A DNA stretch of 64,000 nucleotides from the human T2T-CHM13v2.0 reference genome, Homo sapiens. Each line of letters begins with the position of its first letter. The stretch's first letter is position 1. The stretch covers positions 12,256,001-12,320,000 of the forward strand of contig CP086569.2 of NCBI GenBank assembly GCA_009914755.4, written 5' to 3'. The notes beneath the pieces are model-generated. The model was not told the DNA's origin, searched no databases, and saw only the letters and a program-made list of their open reading frames with translations. Made by a program: the position numbers and the translations under genes. Of this stretch, positions 42,301 to 56,058 are shown piece after piece.

Positions 42301-44967
42301 ATGAAATGAAATGGCATAGAATGGAATGGAATGGAATGGAATGGAATGGAATGGAATGGAATGGAATGGAATGGAATGGCATGGAATGGAATGGAAAGGT
42401 ATGGCATGAAATGGATTGGAATGGGATGTTCCCAAAAGTAATGGACTCAAATAAAAGGGACTCAAATAGAATGAATTGGAAAGAAACGGTCTCGAATGTA
42501 ATTTATTCGAATAGAATGATATTGAATGGAATGCAATAACATGGAATGGTATCGAATAGAATGGAATAGAATGGAATGGAATGGAACGGTATGGAGTGCA
42601 TTTGAACGGACTCCAATGCAATAAATTGCAATATAATTGATTCAAATGGAATGGAATCGAATAGAATGTAAACAAATGGAATGGAAGGCAATGCAATGGA
42701 AAGGAATCGAATGAAATGGAATAAATGGGATGGAATCGAATGGAAAGGACGCGAATGTAATGGACTGTTAAGGAAAGGCCTCGAATCGAATTTATTCCGA
42801 TAGAATGGAATCGAATGGAATGCAATACTATTGAATCGAATCGAATGGAATGGAATTGAATGGAATGGACAGGAATGGAATGAACTGGAAGTGAATGGAC
42901 AAGAACGTAATATAGTGCAATGTAATTTATTCAAATGGAATGGAATGCAATCGAATGGAATGGACTCGATTGGAATGGACTGGAGTGGAATGAACTGAAA
43001 TGGAATGGAAACGAATGTAATGGAATGGAACGGAAAGCAAAGGAATCTACTGTAATAGAAACGAACGGAACAGAAAGGAATGGAATGGAATGGAGTGGAA
43101 TGGACTCGAATGGAATGTATTCGAATATAATGGACCGGAAAGGAATGGAATCCAATGGAATGGAATTGAATGGAATCAAAAGGAATAGAATGGAATAGAG
43201 TGTAATTGAATGATATCGAATGGAAGGGAATGGAATGAAGTCGAATGGAATGCACTGGAATGGAATGGACACGATCAGAACGGACTGGAGAGGAATGTAC
43301 ACTAATGGAATGGAAACGAATGGAATGGAATGAAAAGGAATGGAATGAAATGGAATTGAAAGGAACGGAATGAAATGGAATGGAATGGAATGGAATGGAT
43401 TGGAATAGAATGGATTCAAATAAAATAGAATCGATTGGAATGCTATTGAATGGAAGGGACTTGAATGGAATGGAAAGCAATGGAAGATATTCGAATTGAA
43501 TGGCATCGAATGAAATGGAATGGAACGCAATGGAACGGACCCGAATGGAATGGAATGGACTCAAATGTAATGGACTCGAATGGAATCGACTGAAATATAA
43601 TAGACTCGAATGGAATGGCCTCGAGCGGAATTTATTTGAATAGAATGGAATCAAATGGAATACAATAGTATTGAATGGAATAGAATGGTATGGAATCGAA
43701 TGGAATGTAATCCAATGGAATGGAACGGAATTCAATATAATGGAGTAGAATGGAATGCATTGGAAAGCAGCAGAGTGGAATCGAGTGGAATGGAATCGAG
43801 TGGAATGGAATCAAAAGGAACGAAATCGAATTGAATGGACTTGAATGGAATTGACTCGAAAGGAATTGACTCGAAAGGAATGGACTGGAACAAAAAGGAA
43901 TCAAATGGACAGGAATGGAATGGAATGGACTCGAATGGAATGGAGTCAAATGCAAACGCATCGAATGGAATGGATTCAAATGGAATGCAATTGAATGGAA
44001 TAGAAAGGAAGAGAATGGAATTGAGAGTAATGGAAAGATATCGATTGGAATGAAATGGAATGGAAAGGAATTGAATGGAAAGGAATGGACTCGAAAGAAA
44101 TGGATTGGAATGGAATGGTCTCCAATGGAATGGACTGGAGTGGAATGGAATCGAATGGAATGAAAAGAATGGAACGGAATGGAACGGAAAGGAATAGAAA
44201 GTTATGGAATCCGATGGGACAGAATGGAATGGAATGGACTTTCATGAAATGGAGTCGAATAGAGTGGCATCAAAAGGAATGGAATGGAATGGAGTGGACT
44301 CAAAAGGAATGGACTCAAAGGAATGGAGTCGAACCAAATTGAATCAAATGGATTGGAGTCGAACAGAACGGAATGGAATCGAATGAACTCGACTGGTGTA
44401 GAGAGGAATGTAAAGGAATAGAATGGAATGTAATCAAATGGATTGCAAGCGAATGGAATCAAAAATAATAGAAAGGAATGGAGTGTAAAGGGATGATATT
44501 GAATAAAATGGAATGGAATGGAATTTAATGGAATGGAGTCTCAGGAATGGACAGGAATGTAATGGACTCCAATGGAATGGAATGGATGAAAATGGATTTG
44601 AACAGATTGGTATCGAACGGAATGGAATGCAGTGGAATGGAATGGACTCGAATGGAGAAGAGACAAATGGAATTTAAACGAATTCAATGGAATTGAAAAG
44701 AATAGAATGGAATGGCGTGTAATGGTAAGATACTAAATGGAATGGAATTGAATGTAACGTAATGGAATGGAACCAAATGTAATGCACTCAAATGGAATAT
44801 ACTCAAATTGAATGGAATCGAAAGGAAAGGTCTCCAATGGAATTTATTCAATACAATGGAATCAAAAGAAATGCAATAGAAAGAAAAGGAATCGAATGTA
44901 ATGGAATCAAATAGTATGGACCAGAATGGAATGGACTGCCATAGAACGGACTGCAGTGTAATGGATT
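39381..44967 (+). repeat. HOR unit 8, 5587 bp.
   Basis: Landmark periodicity. Small indels are present, for example aaagaaaag versus aaaggaaaag near 40430. Confidence 0.88.
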
Positions 44968-47900
44968 GAATTCTAATTCATTCAAATGGAATGGAATTGA
45001 ATGGAATGGAATCCAATGGAATGGATAGGATTGTACTGGAATGGAATAGCATGGAATGCAACGGAGTGGAATGGAGTTGAATGAAGTGGAATGGAATCGA
45101 TTGGAATGGAATCAAATGGAATGGACGGGAATGGAATGGACTGGAAGAGAACAGACTCGAATATAATGGATTGCAATGTAATTGATTCAAATGGAATGGA
45201 ATCGAATGGAATGTAATAAAATTGAAGGGATTGGAGTTCAATGCAATGGAATAGAATGGAATGCAAAGGAAAGAAAAGGCACGGAGTGAAATCGAGTGTA
45301 ATGGAATCGAATGGAATGAAATGGAATGGAATGGACTCAAAAGAAATGGACGAGGGACAAAATGGAATCGAACTGATTGGAATGGAACGGAAGGGAATGG
45401 AATGGAATGGTCTCCATTGGACGGGAGTAGAACGGATTGGAATGGAATGGAATGAAATGGAATGGAAAGGAATAGAATGGAATGGAATGGAATGGAAGGT
45501 AATGGAAAGATAACAAACGGATTGGAAAGGAATGGAATGGACCCTAATGGAATGGAATGGAATTCAACAGAAACGAATGGAATGGACTGGAGTGAAATGG
45601 AGTCGAATGTAATTGAGTGGAGAGGAATGGACTCGAAAGGAATGGACTCGAATAGAATGGACTGGAATGGATTGTACTCGAATGGAGTGGAAAGGAATAA
45701 AATGGATTCCATCAGATTGGAATGGAACAGAATGTAATGGAATGGAATGGAATGCAATGGAATGGCTCGAATGCAATGGAAGAGAAAGGAAAGGAATTGA
45801 ATGGTATTGAAAGTAATAGAATTAAATGGAGTGCAAAGGAAAGATATCGAATGGAATGGATCGAAAAGAAATAGAATGGAATGGACAGGAATGGAATGGA
45901 ATAGAATGGAATAGACGGGCGTGCAATGCAAACGAATGGAATGGAAACGAATGGAATGGAATGGAAAGGAATGGAGTAGAATAAATACTATGGAATGGAA
46001 TGGAATGGAGGCGAAAGGAATAGAATGGATTGGAGTGTCACCGAATGGAAAGATATGGAATGGAAAGGAATGGATATGAATGGAATGGAATAGAAAGGAA
46101 CGGAAAGGTAAAGAATGGAATGGAATCGGATAGAATGGAATGCAATGTAATGGAGTCGAATGGAAAATAATCGAGTAGAATGATATCGAACGGAATGGAA
46201 TTTAATAGAATGGAATGGAATGGAATGGACTCGAATGGAATGTACTCAAATGGATTAGAATTGAATGGAATGGAAATAAACGTAGTGAACTCGAATGGAA
46301 TGGACACTAATAGAATGGAAGAGAAAGGAATGGTATTGAATGGAATTTATTCGAATAGAATGGAATTCAACGGAATGCAACAGTGTGGCATGGAATCAAA
46401 TGGAATGGAATCGAATGGCATGGACCCGAGTGGAATGGACTCACATAGAAGAGCCTCGAATGTAATGGATTACAATGTATTAGATTTGAAAGGACTGAAA
46501 TCGAATGGAATGTAATCAAATAGAACGGAACTGAATGCGTGGAATGGCATAGAAAGTAATGCAATGGAATGGAATAGACTGGAAAGGAATGGAATCGGAT
46601 GGAATGTAATGAAATGTAATTGAAGGAATGCCATGGAATGGAATGGAATGCAATGCAATGGGACGGTGCATAATGGAGTGCAATGGATTTCAGTGGAATG
46701 TAGTCAAAAGGAATGAAATAGAATGGAATTCAATATAATGGAATGGCATCCAATGGCAAGGGATGGAGCGGACTCCAATGGAAACATGAAAGGAATATAA
46801 TATAATGGAATGGCATTGAACGAAATGGAATGCAATGGAGTTAAAAGGTAAAATATCGAATGGAAAAGAATTGTATGGACTCGAATGGAATATAATGAAA
46901 TGGAATGGACTCGAATGGAATGTACTAGAGTTGAATGGAATCGAATGGAATTTAAAACAATGGAAAGGAAAGGAAGGGAATTGAAAGGAACGGAATAGAA
47001 TGGAATGGAATCGGAAGGAACGGAATTGAATGGAATGGAAACTAAAGGAATAGAATAGAAAGGAATGCCATTGAATGGAATGGAATGGAATGGAATACGA
47101 TGGAACAGAATGGAATGGAATAGAATTGAATGGAATGGCATCAAATGGATTGGAATGGAATGTAATGGAATGGAATGGAAAGGAATGGAATGGACTCGAA
47201 TGGAATGTACTGAAATGGAATAGAATAGAATGGAATGGAAGTAAATATAATGGTCTCGAGTGGAATGGATTGGAATAAATTGGAATTGAATGTATTGGAT
47301 TCGATTGGAAAGGAATGGAATGGAATGGAATGGAATGGATTCGAATGGAATGGAACGAATTGGAATGTAATTGAATGGAGTCGAAAACAGTAGAAAGAAA
47401 AGAAGTTTAATCGAATGATATAGAATGGAATTGAATGGAATGTACGCGAATGGAATGGACTGGAATGGAATGGAGTGACATGTAATGGAATCGAAAGGAA
47501 TGGAATCGAATGAAATGGAATTGAATGGAATAGAAAGGAATAGAATGGAATGGAGTTTAATGGAAAGATATTAAAAGTAATGGAATGGAATTGAGTGGAC
47601 ACAAATGGAATGGACTGGAATGGAAAGGACTCGAATGAAATGGAGCACATTAGAATGGACTCGAATGGAATGGATTGGAGTGGAATGGTCTCGAATGGAT
47701 TGGAAACGAATGTCATGGAAAGGAATAGAATGGAATGTAATCAAATGGAAAGAAATGTAATGGAATGGGTTCAACTGGAACAGAATTGAATGGAGTGGAA
47801 TTGAATGGAATGGAATGCAATCGAATGGAATGCACACGAATGGAATAGAATGAAATGAAATGGCATAGAATGGAATGGAATGGAATGGAATGGAATGGAA

Positions 47901-50517
47901 TGGAATGGAATGGAATGGAATGGAATGGCATGGAATGGAATGGAATGGTATGGAATGAAATGGATTGGAATGGGATGTTCCCAAAAGTAATGGACTCAAA
48001 TAAAAGGAACTCAAATAGAATGAATTGGAAAGAAACGGTCTCGAATGTAATTTATTCGAATAGAATGATATTGAATGGAATGCAATAATATGGAATGGTA
48101 TCGAATAGAATGGAATAGAATGGAATGGAATGGAACGGTATGGAGTGCATTTGAACGGACTCCAATGCAATAAATTGCAATATAATTGATTCAAATGGAA
48201 TGGAATCGAATAGAATGTAAACAAATGGAATGGAAGGCAATGCAATGGAAAGGAATCGAATGAAATGGAATAAATGGGATGGAATCGAATGGAAAGGACG
48301 CGAATGTAACGGACTGTTAAGGAAAGGCCTCGAATCGAATTTATTCCGATAGAATGGAATCGAATGGAATGCAATACTATTGAATCGAATCAAATGGAAT
48401 GGAATTGAATGGAATGGACAGGAATGGAATGAACTGGAAGTGAATGGACAAGAACGTAATATAGTGCAATGTAATTTATTCAAATGGAATGGAATGCAAT
48501 CGAATGGAATGGACTCGATTGGAATGGACTGGAGTGGAATGGACTGAAATGGAATGGAAACGAATGTAAAGGAATGGAACGGAAAGCAAAGGAATCTACT
48601 GTAATAGAATCGAACGGAACAGAAAGGAATGGAATGGAATGGAGTGGAATGGACTCGAATGGAATGTATTCGAATGTAATGGACTGGAAAGGAATGGAAT
48701 CCAATGGAATGGAATTGAATGGAATCAAAAGTAATAGAAAGGAAAAGAGTGTAATTGAATGATATCGAATGGAAGGGAATGGAATGAAGTCGAATGGAAT
48801 GCACTGGAATGGAATGGACACGATCAGAACGGACTGGAGAGGAATGTACACAAATGGAATGGAAACGAATGGAATGGAATGAAAAGGAATGGAATGAAAT
48901 GGAATTGAAAGGAAAGGAATGAAATGGAATGGAATGGAATGCAATGGATTGGAATAGAATGGATTCAAATAAAATAGAATCGATTGGAATGGTATTGAAT
49001 GGAAGGGACTTGAATGGAATGGAAAGCAATGGAAGATATTCGAATTGAATGGCATCGAATGACATGGAATGGAACGGAATGGAACGGACCCGAATGGAAT
49101 GGAATGGACTCAAATGTAATGGACTCGAATGGAATCGACTGAAATATAATAGACTCGAATGGAATATCCTCGAGCGGAATTTATTTGAATAGAATGGAAT
49201 CAAATGGAATACAATAGTATTGAATGGAATAGAATGGAATGGAATGGAATGGAATGTAATCCAATGGAATGGAACGGAATTCAATATAATGGAGTAGAAT
49301 GGAATGCATTGGAAAGGAGCAGAGTGGAATCGAGTGGAATGGAATCGAGTGGAATGGAATCAAAGGGAACGAAATCGAATTGAATGGACTTGAATGGAAT
49401 TGACTCGAAAGGAATTGACTCGAAAGGAATGGACTGGAACAAAAAGGAATCAAATGGACAGGAATGGAATGGAATGGACTCGAATGGAATGGAGTCAAAT
49501 GCAAACGCATCGAATGGAATGGATTCAAATGGAATGCAATTGAATGGTATAGAAAGGAAGAGAATGGAATTGAGAGTAATGGAAAGATATCGATTGGAAT
49601 GAAATGGAATGGAAAGGAATTGAATGGAAAGGAATGGACTCGAAAGAAATGGATTGGAATGGAATGGTCTCCAATGGAATGGACTGGAGTGGAATGGAAT
49701 CGAATGGAATGAAAAGAATGGAACGGAATGGAACGGAAAGGAATAGAAAGTTATGGAATCCGATGGGACAGAATGGAATGGAATGGACTTTCATGAAATG
49801 GAGTCGAATAGAGTGGCATCAAAAGCAATGGAATGGAATGGAGTGGACTCAAAAGGAATGGACTCAAAAGGAATGGAGGCGAACCAAATTGAATCAAATG
49901 GATTGGAGTCAAACAGAACGGAATGGAATGGAATGAACTCGACTGGAGTAGAGAGGAATGTAAAGGAATAGAATGGAATGTAATCAAATGGATTGCAAGC
50001 GAATGGAATCAAAAATAATAGAAAGGAATGGAGTGTAAAGGGATGATATTGAATAAAATGGGATGGAATGGAATTTAATGGAATGGAGTCGAAGGAATGG
50101 ACAGGAATGTAATGGACTCCAATGGAATGGAATGGATGAAAATGGATTTGAACAGATTGGTATCGAACGGAATGGAATGCAGTGGAATGGAATGGGCTCG
50201 AACGGAGAAGAGACAAATGGAATGGAAACGAATTCAATGGAATTGAAAAGAATAGAACGGAATGGCGTGTAATGGTAAGATACTAAATGGAATGGAATTG
50301 AATGGAATGTAATGGAATGGAACCAAATGTAATGCACTCAAATGGAATATACTCAAATAGAATGGAATCGAAAGGAAAGGTCTCCAATGGAATTTATTCA
50401 ATACAATGGAATCAAAAGAAATGCAATAGAAAGAAAAGGAATCGAATGTAATGGAATCAAATAGAATGGACCAGACTGGAATGGACTGCCATAGAACGGA
50501 CTGCAGTGTAATGGATT
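44968..50517 (+). repeat. HOR unit 9, 5550 bp.
   Basis: Landmark periodicity. Confidence 0.88.
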
Positions 50518-53500
50518 GAATTCTAATTCATTCAAATGGAATGGAATTGAATGGAATGGAATCCAATGGAATGGATAGGATTGTACTGGAATGGAATAGC
50601 ATGGAATGCAACGGAGTGGAATGGAGTTGAATGAAGTGGAATGGAATCGATTGGAATGGAATCAAATGGAATGGACGGGAATGGAATGGACTGGAAGAGA
50701 ACAGACTCGAATATAATGGATTGCAATGTAATTGATTCAAATGGAATGGAATCGAATGGAATGTAATAAAATTGAAGGGATTGGAGTTCAATGCAATGGA
50801 ATAGAATGGAATGCAAAGGAAAGGAAAGGCACGGAGTGAAATCGAGTGCAAGGGAATCGAATGGAATGAAATCGAATGGAATGGACTCAAAAGAAATGGA
50901 CGAGGGACAAAACGGAATCGAACTGATTGGAATGGAACGGAAGGGAATGGAATGGAATGGTCTCCATTGGATGGGAGTAGAACGGATTGGAATGGAATGG
51001 AATGAAATGGAATGGAAAGGAATAGAATGGAATGGAATGGAATGGAAGGTAATGGAAAGATATCAAACGGATTGGAAAGGAATGGAATGGACCCTAATGG
51101 AATGGAATGGAATTCAACAGAAACGAACGGAATGGACTGGAGTGAAATGGAGTCGAATGTAATTGAGTGGAGAGGAATGGACTCGAAAGGAATGGACTCG
51201 AATAGAATGGACTGGAATGGATTGTACTCGAATGGAGTGGAAAGGAATAAAATGGATTCCACCAGATTGGAATGGAACAGAATGTCATGGAATGGAATGG
51301 AATGCAATGGAATGGCTCGAATGCAATGGAAGAGAAAGGAAAGGAATTGAATGGTATTGAAAGTAATAGAATTAAATGGAGTGCAAAGGAAAGATATCGA
51401 ATGGAATGGATCGAAAAGAAATAGAATGGAATGGACAGGAATGGAATGGAATAGAATGGAATAGACTGGCGTGCAATGCAAACGAATGGAATGGAAACGA
51501 ATGGAATGGAATGGAAAGGAATGGAGTAGAATAAATACTATGGAATGGAATGGAATGGAGGCGAAAGGAAAAGAATGGATTGGAGTGTCACCGAATGGAA
51601 AGATATGGAATGGAAAGGAATGGATACGAATGGAATGGAATAGAAAGGAACGGAAAGGTAAAGAATGGAATGGAATCGGATAGAATGGAATGCAATGCAA
51701 TGGAGACGAATGGAAAATAATCGAGTAGAATGATATTGAACGGAATGGAATTTAATAGAATGGAATGGAATGGAATGGACTCGAATGGAATGTACTCAAA
51801 TGGATTAGAATAGAATGGAATGGAAGTAAACGTAGTGAACTCGAATGGAATGGACACTAATAGAATGGAAGAGAAAGGAATGGTATTGAATGGAATTTAT
51901 TCGAATAGAATGGAATTCAACGGAATGCAACAGTGTGGCATGGAATCAAATGGAATGGAATCGAATGGCATGGACCCGAGTGGAATGGACTCACATAGAA
52001 GAGCCTCGAATGTAATGGATTACAATGTATTAGATTCGAAAGGACTGAAATCGAATGGAATGTAATCAAATAGAACGGAACTGAATGCGTGGAATGGCAT
52101 AGAAAGTAATGCAATGGAATGGAATAGACTGGAAAGGAATGGAATCGGATGGAATGTAATGAAATGTAATGGAAGGAATGCTATGGAATGGAATGGAATG
52201 GAATACAATGGGACGGTGTATAATGGAGTGCAATGGATTTCAGTGGAATGTAGTCAAAAGGAATGAAATAGAATGGAATTCAATATAATGGAATGGCATC
52301 CAATGGCAAGGGATGGAGCGGACTCCAATGGAAACGACATGAAAGGAATATAATATAATGGAATGGCATTGAACGAAATGGAATGCAATGGAGTTAAAAG
52401 GTAAAATATCGAATGGAAAAGAATTGTATGGACTCGAATGGAATATAATGAAATGGAATGAACTCGAATGGAATGTACTAGAGTTGAATGGAATCGAATG
52501 GAATTTAAAACAATGGAAAGGAAAGGAAGGGAATTGAAAGGAACGGAATAGAATGGAATGGAATCGGATGGAACGGAATTGAATGGAATGGAAACTAAAG
52601 GAATAGAATAGAAAGGAATGCCATTGAATGGAATGGAATGGAATGGAATGGAATAAGATGAAACAGAATGGAATGGAATAGAATTGAATGGAATGGCATC
52701 GAATGGATTGGAATGGAATGTAAAGGAATGGAATGGAAAGGAATGGAATGGACTCGAATGGAATGTACTGAAATGGAATAGAATAGAATGGAATGGAAGT
52801 AAATATAATGGACTCGAGTGGAATGGATTGGAATAAATTGGAATTGAATGTATTGGATTCGAATGGAAAGGAATGGAATGGAATGGAATGGAATGGAATG
52901 GAATTGATTCGAATGGAATGGAACGAATTGGAATGTAATTGAATGGAGTCGAAAACAGTAGAAAGAAAAGAAGTATAATCGAATGATATAGAATGGAATT
53001 GAATGGAATGTACACGAATGGAATGGACTGGAATGGAATGGAGTGACATGTAATGGAATCGAAAGGAATGGAATCGAATGAAATGGAATTGAATGGAATA
53101 GAAAGGAATAGAATGGAATGGAGTTTAATGGAAAGATATTAAAAGTAATGGAATGGAATTGAGTGGACACAAATGGAATGGACTGGAATGGAAAGGACTC
53201 GAATGAAATGGAGCGCATTAGAATGGACTCGAATGGAATGGATTGGAGTGGAATGGTCTCGAATGGATTGGAAACGAATGTAATGGAAAGGAATAGAATG
53301 GAATGTAATCAAATGGAAAGAAATGTAATGGAATGGGTTCAACTGGAACAGAATTGAATGGAGTGGATTGAATGGAATGGAATGCAATCGAATGGAATGC
53401 ACACGAATGGAATAGAATGAAATGAAATGGCATAGAATGGAATGGAATGGAATGGAAAGGAATGGAATGGAATGGCATGGAATGGAATGGAATGGTATGG

Positions 53501-56058
53501 AATGAAATGGATTGGAATGGGATGTTCCCAAAAGTAACGGACTCAAATAAAAGGGACTCAAATAGAATGAATTGGAAAGAAACGGTCTCGAATGTAATTT
53601 ATTCGAATAGAATGATATTGAATGGAATGCAATAATATTGAATGGTATCGAATAGAATGGAATAGAATGGAATGGAATGGAACGGTATGGAGTGCATTTG
53701 AACGGACTCTAATGCAATAAATTGCAATATAATTGATTCAAATGGAATGGAATCGAATAGAATGTAAACAAATGGAATGGAAGGCAATGCAATGGAAAGG
53801 AATCGAATGAAATGGAATAAATGGGATGGAATCGAATGGAAAGGACGCGAATATAATGGACTGTTAAGGAAAGGCCTCGAATCGAATTTATTCCAATAGA
53901 ATGGAATCGAATGGAATGCAATACTATTGAATCGAATCAAATGGAATGGAATTGAATGGAATGGACAGGAATGGAATGAACTGGAAGTGAATGGACAAGA
54001 ACGTAATATAGTGCAATGTAATTTATTCAAATGGAATGGAATGCAATCGAATGGAATGGACTCGATTGGAATGGACTGGAGTGGAATGGACTGAAATGGA
54101 ATGGAAACGAATGTAATGGAATGGAACGGAAAGCAAAGGAATCTACTGTAATAGAATCGAACGGAACAGAAAGGAATGGAATGGAATGGAGTTTAATGGA
54201 CTCGAATGGAATGTATTCGAATGTAATGGACCGGAAAAGAATGGAATCCAATGGAATGGAATTGAATGGAATCAAAAGGAATAGAAAGGAATAGAGTGTA
54301 ATTGAATGATATCGAATGGAATGGAATGAAGTCGAATGGAACGCACTAGAATGGAATAGACATGATCAGAACGGACTGGAGAGGAATGTACACAAATGGA
54401 ATGGAAACGAATGGAATGGAATGAAAAGGAATGGAATGAAATGGAATTGAAAGGAACGGAATGAAATGGAATGGAATGGAATGGAATGGATTGGAATAGA
54501 ATGGATTTAAATAAAATAGAATCGATTGGAATGGTATTGAATGGAAGGTACTTGAATGGAATGGAAAGCAATGGAAGATATTCGAATTGAATGGCATCGA
54601 ATGAAATGGAATCGAACGGAATGGAACGGACCCGAATGGAATGGAATGGACTCAAATGTAATGGACTCGAATGGAATCGACTGAAATATAATAGACTCGA
54701 ATGGAATGGCCTCGAGCGGAATTTATTTGAATAGAATGGAATCAAATGGAATACAATAGTATTGAATGGAATAGAATGGAATGGAATCGAATGGAATGTA
54801 ATCCAATGGAATGGAACGGAATTCAATATAATGGAGTAGAATGGAATGCATTGGAAAGGAGCAGAGTGGAATCGAGTGGAATGGAATCGAGTGGAATGGA
54901 ATCAAAGGGAACGAAATCGAATTGAATGGACTTGAATGGAATTGACTCGAAAGGAATTGACTCGAAAGGAATGGACTGGAACAAAAAGGAATCAAATGGA
55001 CAGGAATGGAATGGAATGGACTCGAATGGAATGGAGTCAAATGCAAACGCATCGAATGGAATGGATTCAAATGGAATGCAATTGAAAAGAATAGAAAGGA
55101 AGACAATGGAATTGAGAGTAATGGAAAGATATCGATTGGAATGAAATGGAATGGAAAGGAATTGAATGGAAAGGAATGGACTCGAAAGAAATGGATTGGA
55201 ATGGAATGGTCTCCAATGGAATGGACTGTAGTGGAATGGAATCGAATGGAATGAAAAGAATGGAACGGAATGGAACGGAAAGGAATAGAAAGTTATGGAA
55301 TCCGATGGGACAGAATGGAATGGAATGGACTTTCATGAAATGGAGTCGAATAGAGTGGCATTAAAAGCAATGGAATGGAACGGAGTGGACTCCAAAGGAA
55401 TGGACTGGAAAGAATGGAGACGAACCAAATTGAATCCAATGGATTGGAGTCGAACAGAATGGAATGGAATGGAATGAAGTCGACTGGAGTAGAGAGGAAT
55501 GTAAAGGAATAGAATGGATTGTAATCAAATGGATTGCAACGGAATGGAATGAAAAATAATAGAAAGGAATGGAGTGTAAAGGGATGATATTGAATATAAT
55601 GGAATGGAATGCAATTCAATGGAATGGAGTCGAAGGAATGGACAGGAATGTACTGGACTCCAATGGAACGGAATGGATGAAAATGGATTTGAACAGATTG
55701 GAACCGAACAGAATGGAATGCAATGGAATGGAATGGACTCGAATGGAGAAGAGACAAATGGAATGGAAACGAATTCAATGGAATTGAAAAGAATAGAATG
55801 GAATGGCGTGTAATGGTAAGATACTAAATGGAATGGAATTGAATGGAATGGTATGGAATGGACCCAAATGTAATGCACTCGAATGGAATATACTCAAATA
55901 GAATGGAATCGAAAGGAAAGGTCTCCAATGGAATTTATTCAATACAATGGAATCGAATGGAATGCAATAGAATGGAATGGAATCGAATGTAATGGAATCA
56001 AATAGAATGGACCAGAATGGAATGGACTGCCATAGAACGGACGGCAGTGTAATGGATT
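50518..56058 (+). repeat. HOR unit 10, 5541 bp. Its 3' end, from ~55.5 kb, is already divergent.
   Basis: Landmark periodicity. The tail at 55525-56058 is closer to 63185-63723 (MECKGMILNIMEWN-type) than to the core units. Confidence 0.85.
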
